Part shown: in pieces, positions 48,283 to 57,771 of the stretch
Numbering within the stretch: position 1 is the first letter of the stretch
Layout: the number at the start of each line of letters is the position of its first letter
From: a virus
Length of the DNA: 64,000 nucleotides
Direction: 5' to 3' (one strand)
Virus record (IMG/VR): IMGVR_UViG_3300042564_006100
Span: 39,828 to 103,827 of that record
Translations under genes and position numbers: made by a program
Notes under the pieces: model-generated
What the model was told of the DNA's origin: nothing
The model's input: only the letters and a program-made list of their open reading frames with translations
The model's database searches: none

Positions 48283-49086
48283 ACAACGCCAACCATGTCC
48301 CGCCGCTTCGGAGTTGAGATCGAATTCCTCTCCACCATTACCAAAGAGCAGGCCGTCATGAGCCTGAGAGCCGCAGGCATCCGGGTCGAATCCTCCTACT
48401 ACACCCACGACACAACGCCCTATTGGAAGATCGTCACCGACGGCTCCTGCGGTTTGGAACTCGTTTCACCGGTCCTCGAAGGTGAGGCCGGCATCGAGGA
48501 AGTCCGCATCGCCGCCGCCGCACTGGAAGCCGCCGGTGCCCAAGTGGACAAGCGCTGCGGACTTCATGTCCATTTCGACGCCCGCACGATGTCGCTCAAA
48601 GCGGTGAAGAACCTCTTCAAACTCTGGCTGAAATTCGAGGACGTTCTGGACACCTTCCAACCGCAGTCACGCCGGGGCAATAACAACACCTACTGCCGCA
48701 CGAACCTCGAAAGCGGAGTCTCTGACAGCGAGGATCACCGAGGACAATGCTTCCGGGTGTTCCGCAAAATCGACGCCTGCAAGAACATGGATCAAATGAA
48801 GCAGCTCTACCCCTGTCGCTATCGGAAGCTGAACATACAATCCTACTTCCGCCATCAGACGCTCGAAGTCCGCCACCATTCGGGCACCACCGATCCAGCC
48901 AAGATCACCAACTGGGTGCGGTTGATGGCCCGCATGTTCGACGCCGCCGAAGCCGCCGCCACTGTCCGCAACCGCCCGGTGGACACCGGCCTCGGCATGA
49001 ACCGCATGAAGTGGTTCTTCCAAGCCATCGACGCCCGCGGGGTCACCAAATTCTACACTGAGCGTGCCAAAAAACTGGCCGCCTGA
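48280..49086 (+). CDS. Putative amidoligase (COOH-NH2 ligase type 2)
   Basis: FGVEIEF, WKIVTDGS, ELVSPVL, CGLHVH, RY.KLN, TLEVR. Confidence 0.85.
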   Translation: MTTPTMSRRFGVEIEFLSTITKEQAVMSLRAAGIRVESSYYTHDTTPYWKIVTDGSCGLELVSPVLEGEAGIEEVRIAAAALEAAGAQVDKRCGLHVHFDARTMSLKAVKNLFKLWLKFEDVLDTFQPQSRRGNNNTYCRTNLESGVSDSEDHRGQCFRVFRKIDACKNMDQMKQLYPCRYRKLNIQSYFRHQTLEVRHHSGTTDPAKITNWVRLMARMFDAAEAAATVRNRPVDTGLGMNRMKWFFQAIDARGVTKFYTERAKKLAA

Positions 49087-49095
49087 TTTCCACCA

Positions 49096-49374
49096 ATGAC
49101 AATGACCACCATGAACACCGAATACCATACCATCGACGGCGCGACATTCTCCGCAGTCGATGCCACCGACCTGATGACCAAGCTCCGGGCCGACAGCTTC
49201 AACCCGGAAGCCGACCTGCCGTCCTACTGCCGAGCCACCGCTCGTGCGTCCAAGATGCAGACCGGCAAACCGCACCGCCAGTGGCCGCCGAAGGCACTGG
49301 TCGAAGACATGCTCGCCTCTGGCCTGATCGCCACCGGCAAGCGCCATCCGGAATGGGGAACCACCAACGACTGA
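49096..49374 (+). CDS. Hypothetical protein
   Basis: 92 aa in operon. Confidence 0.6.
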   Translation: MTMTTMNTEYHTIDGATFSAVDATDLMTKLRADSFNPEADLPSYCRATARASKMQTGKPHRQWPPKALVEDMLASGLIATGKRHPEWGTTND

Positions 49375-49380
49375 ACGGCC

Positions 49381-49659
49381 ATGGCATACCGAATCATGGA
49401 ACCGCGCTTCCCGCTCGGGAAAACCGTGGCAACTCCCGGAGCGATGGCACTCGGAATCGACCTGGCATCCTACATGCACCGCCACCACTGCGGCGATTGG
49501 GGTGACCTCGACGAATGCGACAAGCAGGCGAACGAGGATGCCCTGATCCACGGCGACCGCATTCTCAGCCACTACAAGCTCGGCGGAGGCCGGCGCATCT
49601 ACATCATCACCGAATGGGACAGGGCCTCGACATGTGTCATGCTCCCCGAGGAGTATTGA
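49381..49659 (+). CDS. Conserved plasmid/phage-related protein
   Basis: F.LG..VATPGA, H..GDWG, RILS.Y, IYIITE.DR..T..MLPEEY. Confidence 0.8.
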   Translation: MAYRIMEPRFPLGKTVATPGAMALGIDLASYMHRHHCGDWGDLDECDKQANEDALIHGDRILSHYKLGGGRRIYIITEWDRASTCVMLPEEY

Positions 49660-49969
49660 TCCACGCGACGATGCGCTCGATGAAGTCGAGATCGAGCTGC
49701 TTCTCAGTCAGACGGATGACGGTCCAGCCCGCCAACACGGCTTCGAGATACTTCTCGGCGTCCTTGGCGTAACCCGCTCCGCGGTTGTGCCGACCAGCTC
49801 CGCGCTGGAAAATCCCGCCCTCGATTTCGATCAGTGTGCGGCTTGCAACATGTGCAAAGTCGGCGCGCCACAAACGGGAAGCATGGAACCTCACTTCCCG
49901 CTCCAGGGGCGGACCTTGCGCCACCCTCCAGAGTAGCAGAAACCTTGATTCCAAGCGGGATGTAGCCAT
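49637..49969 (-). CDS. DUF559/Vsr-like endonuclease
   Basis: E.RFH...WRADFA, IEIEGG, KD.EKY, GWTVIR. Confidence 0.75.
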   Translation of the reverse strand: MATSRLESRFLLLWRVAQGPPLEREVRFHASRLWRADFAHVASRTLIEIEGGIFQRGAGRHNRGAGYAKDAEKYLEAVLAGWTVIRLTEKQLDLDFIERIVAWINTPRGA

Positions 49970-50114
49970 TTCCCTGGCGTCCGGAGTCAACGTCCCGAGC
50001 GTCCGTTATGTGGGAAACGCGAAAACAATTTATCACGTAAATTCAATGAGGGTCGGAACATCCCCGCCAGCAGTCTGGACGGCTAGAAGACTCCCTACTC
50101 GGTTCAGGCCGTTC

Positions 50115-50492
50115 TCAGACATGCCCCTTCTTTCGTGCCCACATGTCGCGGGCGTTGTGGGATCTGCTTGCCCACTCAAGGTTATCGACACGGTTGTTTT
50201 CCCTGTTGCCGTCAATGTGATTGACCACGGGATGGCTCTTCGGATTTTCCAGAAATTCCATGGCCACGACCCTGTGTGCCAACATCCACTTCTGATAGCC
50301 ATCGATCATCAGACCGATGTGGATGTATCCGTTGTGAGCTTTCGTCCCTTTGAGCGAACCTCTGATTAGGTGCCTAAACTTACCAAACGTCGAAACCTCG
50401 TATCCCGGGGCGTAAGTGATGGGCCTCCAGCTCTCTTCGCCAATGCCCATGCCCGGGGATTTCGTTTCGAAGATGTCGAACGTCATCTGCAT
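50115..50492 (-). CDS. NUMOD4-HNH endonuclease
   Basis: WRPI...GYEVS..G, HRVVA..F, VNHIDGNRENN...NLEW. Confidence 0.85.
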   Translation of the reverse strand: MQMTFDIFETKSPGMGIGEESWRPITYAPGYEVSTFGKFRHLIRGSLKGTKAHNGYIHIGLMIDGYQKWMLAHRVVAMEFLENPKSHPVVNHIDGNRENNRVDNLEWASRSHNARDMWARKKGHV

Positions 50493-50683
50493 TACTCTTC
50501 GCCCCTTCGATTCGCTTCAATCGTGATCGTTATCTTGGCGCACTGCACGTTGCAGGTTTGAGCCTGTGCCATCGCGGCAATCACGTCCGGTGTGAGGTCG
50601 ATGGACGTTTGCCCTGGCAGTTCAACCATGAACCGCGCCCCTTCATTGAGGAGACGCGTAAGTCGCTGGATTGGTGTGGTCAT
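50492..50683 (-). CDS. Hypothetical protein
   Basis: 63 aa, TAATG-coupled. Confidence 0.5.
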   Translation of the reverse strand: MTTPIQRLTRLLNEGARFMVELPGQTSIDLTPDVIAAMAQAQTCNVQCAKITITIEANRRGEE

Positions 50684-50694
50684 GATGGGGTGAG

Positions 50695-50766
50695 TGGTTG
50701 CAGGGGCGGGAGTTGAACCCGCAGGGGCGAGAGTATGAGGCTCGCCTGGGACCGTCCCTCCCTGCG
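50695..50766 (-). tRNA. Atypical tRNA-Met(CAT), initiator-like, reduced D-arm
   Basis: CGCAGGG/CCCTGCA acceptor stem with terminal C:A mismatch, CTCATAC loop, GCGGG-TTCAACT-CCCGC T-arm, encoded ACCA. Confidence 0.75.
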
Positions 50767-50771
50767 TTTGG

Positions 50772-51377
50772 TTAGAGTGCTTCGTAGATGTCCTTCACGA
50801 ATTCGAAGTCCTCTTTGAGTGCCTGCCGACGTTCTTCGTCCCACTCATCGACTGGGGCTGTCTCAGTCTGCTCCTGCCACCAACGGCGGATCTTGTTCAA
50901 GAGCGAGAGGTAGGTCGTATGGCGCTTATCGTGTGGATCACCCGCGACTTCCTGTTCGGTGGCGAGTCGCCCAAAGTTGATCGACTTCTGGAGTCGTCGT
51001 TTGCCCAGCTTGTGTTGCACGGCCATCTCAAGCCAATGCCGCTGTTCTTCGGGATCCTTGATCTTGGCGACAACTCGATGGTGCGTGTAATCGAGTTTTT
51101 CGTTCCGGAACGAAAATTGCACTTTCCGCGCCACATAAGCGAAGTCGGCAAGAGTTTGGTAGGCCATTCCGGTGCGTCCCAAAGCTTCTTCGTATTTGTC
51201 GCCCCATCGATTCTCTCCATAGTTGATCCAGTCGCCGATAATGAAGCCGATAGACTTGCCAACGGGTGCAAGTTTCTGGCCCAGCTCGTCCCATTCTTCG
51301 AAACTGAGTTCCTCGTTGAATTTGATGCCAGTAGAAGTGATGGCAAACTTCGGGTCGTTGATTGCGAGAGTGTTCAT
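50772..51377 (-). CDS. LmbU-like DNA-binding protein
   Basis: LSFEEW..LG, IGDWINYG..RWG.KY, YQTL...AYVAR, HH..VA. Confidence 0.7.
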   Translation of the reverse strand: MNTLAINDPKFAITSTGIKFNEELSFEEWDELGQKLAPVGKSIGFIIGDWINYGENRWGDKYEEALGRTGMAYQTLADFAYVARKVQFSFRNEKLDYTHHRVVAKIKDPEEQRHWLEMAVQHKLGKRRLQKSINFGRLATEQEVAGDPHDKRHTTYLSLLNKIRRWWQEQTETAPVDEWDEERRQALKEDFEFVKDIYEAL

Positions 51378-51931
51378 GGATTGTTTTTGAGGTGCTGTTT
51401 GATTTGAGCCTTCTGGTAGATCTTGCGTGCCTTCTCGCTGCGCATTGCTCTCGACGGCAGAACCTTCAGCCGTTTGGTGATGTCAACGCAGCGCTTGCTG
51501 ACTGCCGCACGGGTCACTCCGCATCGTTTGGCGATGGACGTCATGCTCTCACCATTGTAGGCGCTGAGGCCGAGTGAGGCCGCCAAACACTCGATGGTGA
51601 GTCGCATGTTTTCCGCGTCGATGAGGTCGGCAACAAGGTGCCGCAGAATCCGGTTCGCCTCGGCCATGCCTGCCGCGATCACTTCCTCTTGAGCATCCTC
51701 ATCGTGATCGACCAATGCTGCGATGTCCGGCGTGTGACTGGCTCGCGATGATTCGGCCATGTCGTGGTCCGGCGAACCATTGCCGTGGCGTTGAAGGCAG
51801 GGTTTGAGCAGACCAAGCTTCTCCGCCTCCCGACGTTCTTCGAGGGTCATGGACTTCACCCAGGTCTCGTATTCACGTTCGTATTCGGCATCCTTCTTCG
51901 CCTGCTTTTTGGCGTAGTCGTTGGAGTTCAT
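51374..51931 (-). CDS. Protein with sigma region-4-like HTH
   Basis: ESMTSIAKRCGVTRAAVSKR; AAAGGAGG SD upstream. Confidence 0.6.
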   Translation of the reverse strand: MNSNDYAKKQAKKDAEYEREYETWVKSMTLEERREAEKLGLLKPCLQRHGNGSPDHDMAESSRASHTPDIAALVDHDEDAQEEVIAAGMAEANRILRHLVADLIDAENMRLTIECLAASLGLSAYNGESMTSIAKRCGVTRAAVSKRCVDITKRLKVLPSRAMRSEKARKIYQKAQIKQHLKNNP

Positions 51932-52174
51932 TTTGAACCTCCTTTCAGCCGATCTGAAACTGATGGCTCTGGTCCCTGAAAGGGAGAACCAGAGCGCGCG
52001 AATCTCGGTTTACCGATTCGCGCTCTGTTTACCTTTAGGTAAACCATCATCATGCCAATCAGCATGCTAATCAGCTTGTTGCTTATAAGCCGCGCTGCTC
52101 CGTTAGATACGACGGATTCAAACGGGTTCAAACCAATTTGAATCCGGGGTGCAAACCCTGCTGAAATGACGGGT

Positions 52175-54193
52175 TCAAATTCCATGACGACTCCCCCTCC
52201 ATAGGCGGGTTGCTTTATCGAAAACGAAGGGTGATCCCTTCCGCATGTTGGCGAGGCAGTGGAAAACCCTCTGTGCCTCCTTGAGCGTGCAGTCGCCGTC
52301 GATCTCAGCGATCCGGTCTGAAACATAGGCCAGCACGGCTGATTCCTGGGGGACCTTGCCATTGGCGAGCGGCGGCATGGTTTCAACGGCGCTGGCGTAG
52401 CGGTCAGCCGCGCTGCCCATCTTGTAGGTCGCCTTCGCCTTCTCGCTCTTGGGATTGCCCTGAGGAGCCTTGAGCTGGGCTGGGTCGGCGTTCCGGTCGG
52501 TGATGAAGATAGACTCGCACCAGCGGACGACGAACGGCTTGACGGGAGGCAGGGCGCGCAGCGTGAGGTCGATGACATGGGCGTCGTCTTCCTGATGAGG
52601 CGTCATGGTCAGGATCACGTCGGGGTCGCGGGCGAACACACCTGACCCGCCGATCCGGTCGATGGACTCCTTGCCCGCCTGGTTGCCCTTGGAGAAGTGC
52701 GCGCCGAAGACGGCTGCTGCTCCGGACTTCGCCGCGAGTTGCTCGACTTCATTGAGCAGGCTGGCGATGTCGCCGGCGTCGTTTTCATTCCGTGCGCCGA
52801 GGCCCTTGTAGATAGGGTCAATCAGGATCAAGGAATACCCGGTGTCGCGGATACGGCCGAGAATCTTGGGAATGAGTGCAGAGAAGTCGGTGGCATGGCC
52901 GCGCAGGTTCCAGATGTCGAATCCGGTGAAATCCTCGATTTCCTTCGCCGCCGCGATCCGGGTAATCCGGTATTGCAGCGCGAAAGCAGGCAGCTCGAAG
53001 TTGAGATACAAGGCGCGGCCGGGACGCGTCGGAAATCCCCACCACGGCGTGCCGGTGGACACCGAGAGCATCAGGTCGATCAACGACCAGCTCTTGCGTG
53101 CCTTGGACGGGCCACCTAACACCATCTTCGCACCCTGATGGAGAACACCATCAACGAGCTGCGGCGGCTCTGGTTCCGGCTGGCCCATGAAGGCACGACC
53201 GGGCAGAATCGGCGGCAGGTCGGAATTCGAGTGTGCTGCCTCCCATGCCGTCCATGATTCCGCGCCGAATTCGAGCGCGAGCAAGGCCTGACGACGAACA
53301 TCGCCATCGACCGTGCGCCAGCCGTCAGGACAACGCGACAGGCGTGAGGGATTCCGGTTCTGCTTGTCCAGGTTGATCCCGGAAAACCAGCCCCAGATGA
53401 TTTCGACCCGGCGCTTGTATTCTTTCTCGTCCGGAGCATCCACCCGGATCCACGCGTGCAGGCTCTTGTTGCCCGAGTCGATCAAGGCGGCCACCGGCAT
53501 GCCGCTGGCAACGACCGCATGGTATTGCTCTTCCTTGGGGATCAGCTTGCCGGCCTCATCGCGGTCGAACTCGACCAGCACATGGCGGAACGCGGTCACA
53601 TCCTCGTTCTTCGCCCCGCCTTTGGCCATCGGGTTGATCCGGAGAAACAACCCGAGCTTGGTGCCGAACACGCGGTCGATGCCGCCCTTCGCTGCCACTT
53701 TGGATTTCCACTCGCTCGTGGTGAGCGTGACACCACGGCGCGGAACGATCTCGCCCTCTTCGTTCTCCGCCGCCGGTGAGATGGCGACGAATTCATCAGG
53801 CTGGAAGCACGAGTCGATCAGCCTAACAAATCCATCGTCGATGGTGACCGGCAGCGCCATCGTGGACCGCTCGTGCCGGACCGGCGATGGCATGGCACGT
53901 CGTGGCACAGGTGGCGATGCGGCAGGCAATGGCCCGGACGCCCCTAGCGGTTCCCTGGAGGTCCGCGCATAGACCGAGCGGATGGTATGGCGCGCCTCGG
54001 ATTCTGTCAGCCCGTCGGCCAGTGCGCGGGCGAGAAGTTGGCCTTCCGCATCTTCCAGCGCGTGGCCGGCGTCACGAAACTGACAGGCTGCATCGAAGAG
54101 TTCTGCATTGCGCATGCCCTCACTTGCCCCGCGTTGCAGGTAGTCGAGGGTGCGCCGGGGCAGAGCTAGCCCGGTTGATCGGTATTTTGGCAT
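52175..54193 (-). CDS. Primase-helicase (PriCT, primase, AAA_25/RepA)
   Basis: G.RNAELF, LVEFD, SGNKSLHAW, GPSKARKS, ILIDP, HFSKG. Confidence 0.85.
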   Translation of the reverse strand: MPKYRSTGLALPRRTLDYLQRGASEGMRNAELFDAACQFRDAGHALEDAEGQLLARALADGLTESEARHTIRSVYARTSREPLGASGPLPAASPPVPRRAMPSPVRHERSTMALPVTIDDGFVRLIDSCFQPDEFVAISPAAENEEGEIVPRRGVTLTTSEWKSKVAAKGGIDRVFGTKLGLFLRINPMAKGGAKNEDVTAFRHVLVEFDRDEAGKLIPKEEQYHAVVASGMPVAALIDSGNKSLHAWIRVDAPDEKEYKRRVEIIWGWFSGINLDKQNRNPSRLSRCPDGWRTVDGDVRRQALLALEFGAESWTAWEAAHSNSDLPPILPGRAFMGQPEPEPPQLVDGVLHQGAKMVLGGPSKARKSWSLIDLMLSVSTGTPWWGFPTRPGRALYLNFELPAFALQYRITRIAAAKEIEDFTGFDIWNLRGHATDFSALIPKILGRIRDTGYSLILIDPIYKGLGARNENDAGDIASLLNEVEQLAAKSGAAAVFGAHFSKGNQAGKESIDRIGGSGVFARDPDVILTMTPHQEDDAHVIDLTLRALPPVKPFVVRWCESIFITDRNADPAQLKAPQGNPKSEKAKATYKMGSAADRYASAVETMPPLANGKVPQESAVLAYVSDRIAEIDGDCTLKEAQRVFHCLANMRKGSPFVFDKATRLWRGSRHGI

Positions 54194-54208
54194 CTTGTGG
54201 GTGAGTGA

Positions 54209-55729
54209 TCAGCGGTTGGCAAATCGGGCATCGAGGAATTGTTTTGCCTCCTCGAACGTGGCGAGTTCCGGGCGCTTGTGGCCGTAGCGGCGCATCACGC
54301 GGACTTGTTTCGGCGTCGCCAGGCCGAGCTGGCGGCGGGAGATGAGGCGGTCGAGAATCATCGACGCGTGCCCCTTGCTCAGGATACTCATGGTGTTGAG
54401 GCCGAACTTCTGCAGCACATCGAGCTGCTTGGCAGTGGGTGCCTGTGCCTGCCATGCCATGGTCGGGACGTATTCGGCCAACGCCACTTCGTTGAGAGAG
54501 ACGGCGAGCTCCAGGGGATCGAGCACGCTGCCGCTTCGGGACCGGTTCTCATTGAGCCGCTCGGTGAGCGAACGGGTGCGATCCGCGTTCACCTCCTCAC
54601 GTGCCTCTTCGAGGTCGCCCTCGGCACCAAGCTTGTCAGTGAGCGCCTTCGCATCCAGATCGTCTTCGGCGATCAGGTTCGCCGGACGCATCAGGCTGAG
54701 TTCTTCGGCCTGCCAGAGGAAATCGAGCACGAGCAGGTGATCCTTGCCAGGCCAGATACGGGTACCACGACCGATGATCTGGGAATACAGCGCACGGATT
54801 TTGGTTGGCCGCAGGCACACGACACAGTCGATGGACGGTTCGTCGTATCCTTCAGTGAGCAGCATCGCATTGGTGAGGATGCGCGTCTCGTCCCGCTTGA
54901 ACCGCTCAAGCGCCGCCTGCCGCTCAGTAGTCTGGCCATCGACGTGTTCGGCCAGCAAGCCACGGTCGCGACACATTTGCGCGAAGCGTTTCGACACCGC
55001 GATCAATGGCAGGAAAACGAGTGTCTTGCGGTGTCGGTGCTCGACCAAGACGTCGGCGATCTTTTCGAGATACGGTTCGAGTGCGTGGCCGAGGTCATCG
55101 GCGCTGAAGTCACCCGCCGTGGTCCGAACGCCGCGAAGGCTCATTTCGAGCGGCACCGTTTTCACCCGGATTGGTGACAGCCATCCCTGGTTGACCAGAT
55201 CCAGCAAGGTCACCTCGCAAGCGATGTTCTCGAAGTATTTTCCAAGGTTCTTCTTGTCACCACGGTCAGGCGTCGCGGTGACACCTAACACCTTTGCGTG
55301 ATCGTCGAAATGACCCAGCGTGTTGAGATAGCTATCGGCGAGCGCATGGTGTGCTTCATCAACGACCACCAGTCCAAAGTGATCCCGCGGCCACCGCTCA
55401 CGGCGCTTTTCACGCATGAGCGTCTGAACCGAGGCAACAACCACCGGAGCATCGAGCGACGCCCGCTCTTCACCCATTTCCACTTGGGCTTCAAGGCCCG
55501 TGGAACTGCGGAGCTTGTCAACAGCCTGGGTGATGAGTTCCTCGCGGTGGGCGAGGATCAGCGTGCGCGACGGTTGATAGTCCTGAGCCAGTCGGCTGAA
55601 GAGGATCGTCTTGCCTCCACCGGTCGGGAGCACGCCGAGCTGTCGGTCAAAATTCTCAAAACCCTTGTGGATGTCCTGCCGGGCTTTCATCTGATAGGCG
55701 CGCAGGCCCATTTTCGGAGCCTCGCTCAT
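54209..55729 (-). CDS. SF2 DEAH helicase (ResIII/YejH-like)
   Basis: PTGGGKT, DEAHH, TATP, LTEGYDEP, QIIGRGTR. Confidence 0.9.
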   Translation of the reverse strand: MSEAPKMGLRAYQMKARQDIHKGFENFDRQLGVLPTGGGKTILFSRLAQDYQPSRTLILAHREELITQAVDKLRSSTGLEAQVEMGEERASLDAPVVVASVQTLMREKRRERWPRDHFGLVVVDEAHHALADSYLNTLGHFDDHAKVLGVTATPDRGDKKNLGKYFENIACEVTLLDLVNQGWLSPIRVKTVPLEMSLRGVRTTAGDFSADDLGHALEPYLEKIADVLVEHRHRKTLVFLPLIAVSKRFAQMCRDRGLLAEHVDGQTTERQAALERFKRDETRILTNAMLLTEGYDEPSIDCVVCLRPTKIRALYSQIIGRGTRIWPGKDHLLVLDFLWQAEELSLMRPANLIAEDDLDAKALTDKLGAEGDLEEAREEVNADRTRSLTERLNENRSRSGSVLDPLELAVSLNEVALAEYVPTMAWQAQAPTAKQLDVLQKFGLNTMSILSKGHASMILDRLISRRQLGLATPKQVRVMRRYGHKRPELATFEEAKQFLDARFANR

Positions 55730-56082
55730 ACGAACCTCCTTTCAGAGACAATGAACTTGGCCAATTCCACGACCGGTGGTTTTTCCGAGCAGTCGAGCCC
55801 GATGCAGGCGTCGATCCGGAATGCCTCACGGCCGAGAAGCGTGAGCGCGTCAGCCGGGCCATTAGGATGCCGGCCGCATGCATGCCGAAACTCCACACCG
55901 AGGGGATCGGCGGCGGCTCGCGCAAAGCGGCGAACATGGACATGAAGCAGGCTGTGAATGTCCACAAGGAGGCGGGATGCTTGGACCAACGTCTTCCGGT
56001 CCGCCTCGTTGAGTTCAGTCTTGCGGGCGATCTTTGCCAGCCGACGGCCGAGGTTTCTGGGCTTGGAGTTAGAACGGTTCAT
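55726..56082 (-). CDS. Hypothetical protein
   Basis: 118 aa coupled ORF. Confidence 0.55.
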   Translation of the reverse strand: MNRSNSKPRNLGRRLAKIARKTELNEADRKTLVQASRLLVDIHSLLHVHVRRFARAAADPLGVEFRHACGRHPNGPADALTLLGREAFRIDACIGLDCSEKPPVVELAKFIVSERRFV

Positions 56083-56494
56083 TTGAATTGCGGGGTGCGG
56101 GTTTCGCGGTGGACTTCGGTGCTGCGGACGCGCCGGGCCTAGAGGGCAGCCACGCGACGACTTTGTTGCGCTTCTTGCCGTTGTATTCCTCGACGGTGAG
56201 GCGGGCCTTGCCGGTGCGGCCGATCAGGTCGTCCGCGATGATTTCGACTTCCTGCTCCGGTGAAACCTCCTCGCCGGTGGCGGCGCGGAAGCTGTCGATT
56301 TTCCAGAACGCGTTCGGGATGAAGACGAGGAAGTCGTAGAGGTAACTTCCAAGCAGCGTCTTGAGCTTGAGTTCGATCATCTCATGGCCGGTTTTGGAAA
56401 CCGTCTCGATGGCGTCGATGACTTCGACCTGATAGTCGCCCGGATCAACGAAATCGGGACGTTCGGTCGGGGTGGATGCGGTGTATGATGGCAT
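56069..56494 (-). CDS. DUF669 ssDNA-binding-like protein
   Basis: PGDYQVEV, SKTG..MI, EEYNGK.RNKV. Confidence 0.8.
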   Translation of the reverse strand: MPSYTASTPTERPDFVDPGDYQVEVIDAIETVSKTGHEMIELKLKTLLGSYLYDFLVFIPNAFWKIDSFRAATGEEVSPEQEVEIIADDLIGRTGKARLTVEEYNGKKRNKVVAWLPSRPGASAAPKSTAKPAPRNSNEPF

Positions 56495-56539
56495 GATGTT
56501 AGTTCTGTTTGGTTGGTTTGAGATTGGTGAATGGCATGT

Positions 56540-56770
56540 TTATGAATTGGTGAATGTCTCATCGCTCCGCTCGGAGAGCGGGGGCTTGACGTGTGCTTTC
56601 GGCTGGCAGGCATGACGGGCCAGGACGCCACGGGCGGCCTTTTCGGCATCGGCGAGGATTGCGGATGGAAACCGCTTCCTGCCCGTCATCCACTCCGCCG
56701 CGATCCGCAGGTAATAGGCTCGCGCCGTAGTCTTCCTGAGAATCGGCCTTTGATTTTCTTTAGACTTCAT
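56540..56770 (-). CDS. Hypothetical protein
   Basis: MKSKEN..., ATGA-coupled. Confidence 0.5.
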   Translation of the reverse strand: MKSKENQRPILRKTTARAYYLRIAAEWMTGRKRFPSAILADAEKAARGVLARHACQPKAHVKPPLSERSDETFTNS

Positions 56771-57771
56771 GACTTCGCATTGGTTTTGGATTGCTTGAGA
56801 TAGGTCGATGGCGCGGCGTGCTTCACCGACTCCTCCGGGAATGCCTTCTCGCTGGACATCCGCTGGCTCCACAGGTCGCGGAACTTCGCGGCGGATAAAT
56901 TTCCGTAGGCAGCGAGCACCGGGCCGAAACCCATCGCGGAGATGTGGTGGCCGACGGTTTCGCAATCGACGAACTCGTTGCCTTTGCGCGTGACGAGCTT
57001 CCAACCGGGCACTTCCCCGCCGGTCTTGAGTCGTTCGGTCGCGATCTGCTTCGCCCGGTCGCGGAAGTCCTCCACCACCGCACTGGCTGCTAGAAACCGT
57101 CCGAGCTTTTCTGGATCGGACAGCACGGCATCGAAATCGAAGCCGGGTTCCGTGACGGTCAGCGTCTCAGCGACCATCGCCAGCCGCGCCGGACAGGTAT
57201 CCGCCTTGGCGCACCACGAGCAGTATTCGCAGGGATTAGGCTGCTTCGCCGGATCGTTGAACGATTTGACGACCTGATCGACGATGGCATGTGCCTCTTC
57301 GTAGGTGAACTTGTGGGTCTCGATCTCGCGCTGGTCGCAGAACAAGAGATGAGCTGTCCACTCGCCGGCAAAGTGCGCGCCCATCAATCCGAGCGCGTAA
57401 GCCGCCATCTGCTCGCGGTAGTTGCGCCGCGCCCCGGTCTTCAGATCAAAGTGGGTGAGCTTGGTCGGGACGATGGCATCCGCCGTGCCGGTGAGATTGA
57501 GGATCTTCACTCGGCAGTCGTCCTCGCGGGCAAGAACGCGTTCGCGGCCCGACATCGCCCGCACCATCGAGATCGACCAGCTAACAGCCGCGATTTCATC
57601 GGCGGTAAGTTTGTTGGCGATCACGAAGCGTTCTTCGAGTCCGAGCAGTTCGGCGCGGAACGCGGTGTCGAGCAGAGTGCCGCGCTCGGCGGCGGGGCCG
57701 GCCACGGGATTGCTCTCGTAGCAGGCGCACACTGCCAGCTTTGGCAGGTTGGAAGGACGCAGCGCACTCAT
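56767..57771 (-). CDS. DUF2800-like (Cas4-like) nuclease
   Basis: RPS....C, GTADA, DLKTG, QMAAYALG, C..C..C.....C. Confidence 0.8.
   Translation of the reverse strand: MSALRPSNLPKLAVCACYESNPVAGPAAERGTLLDTAFRAELLGLEERFVIANKLTADEIAAVSWSISMVRAMSGRERVLAREDDCRVKILNLTGTADAIVPTKLTHFDLKTGARRNYREQMAAYALGLMGAHFAGEWTAHLLFCDQREIETHKFTYEEAHAIVDQVVKSFNDPAKQPNPCEYCSWCAKADTCPARLAMVAETLTVTEPGFDFDAVLSDPEKLGRFLAASAVVEDFRDRAKQIATERLKTGGEVPGWKLVTRKGNEFVDCETVGHHISAMGFGPVLAAYGNLSAAKFRDLWSQRMSSEKAFPEESVKHAAPSTYLKQSKTNAKS

Noticed and set aside
51928-52578. 216-aa ORF overlapping the primase end
   Set aside because: Low-complexity alternate frame; only the last 85 codons could be real and they cross ori-like repeats.
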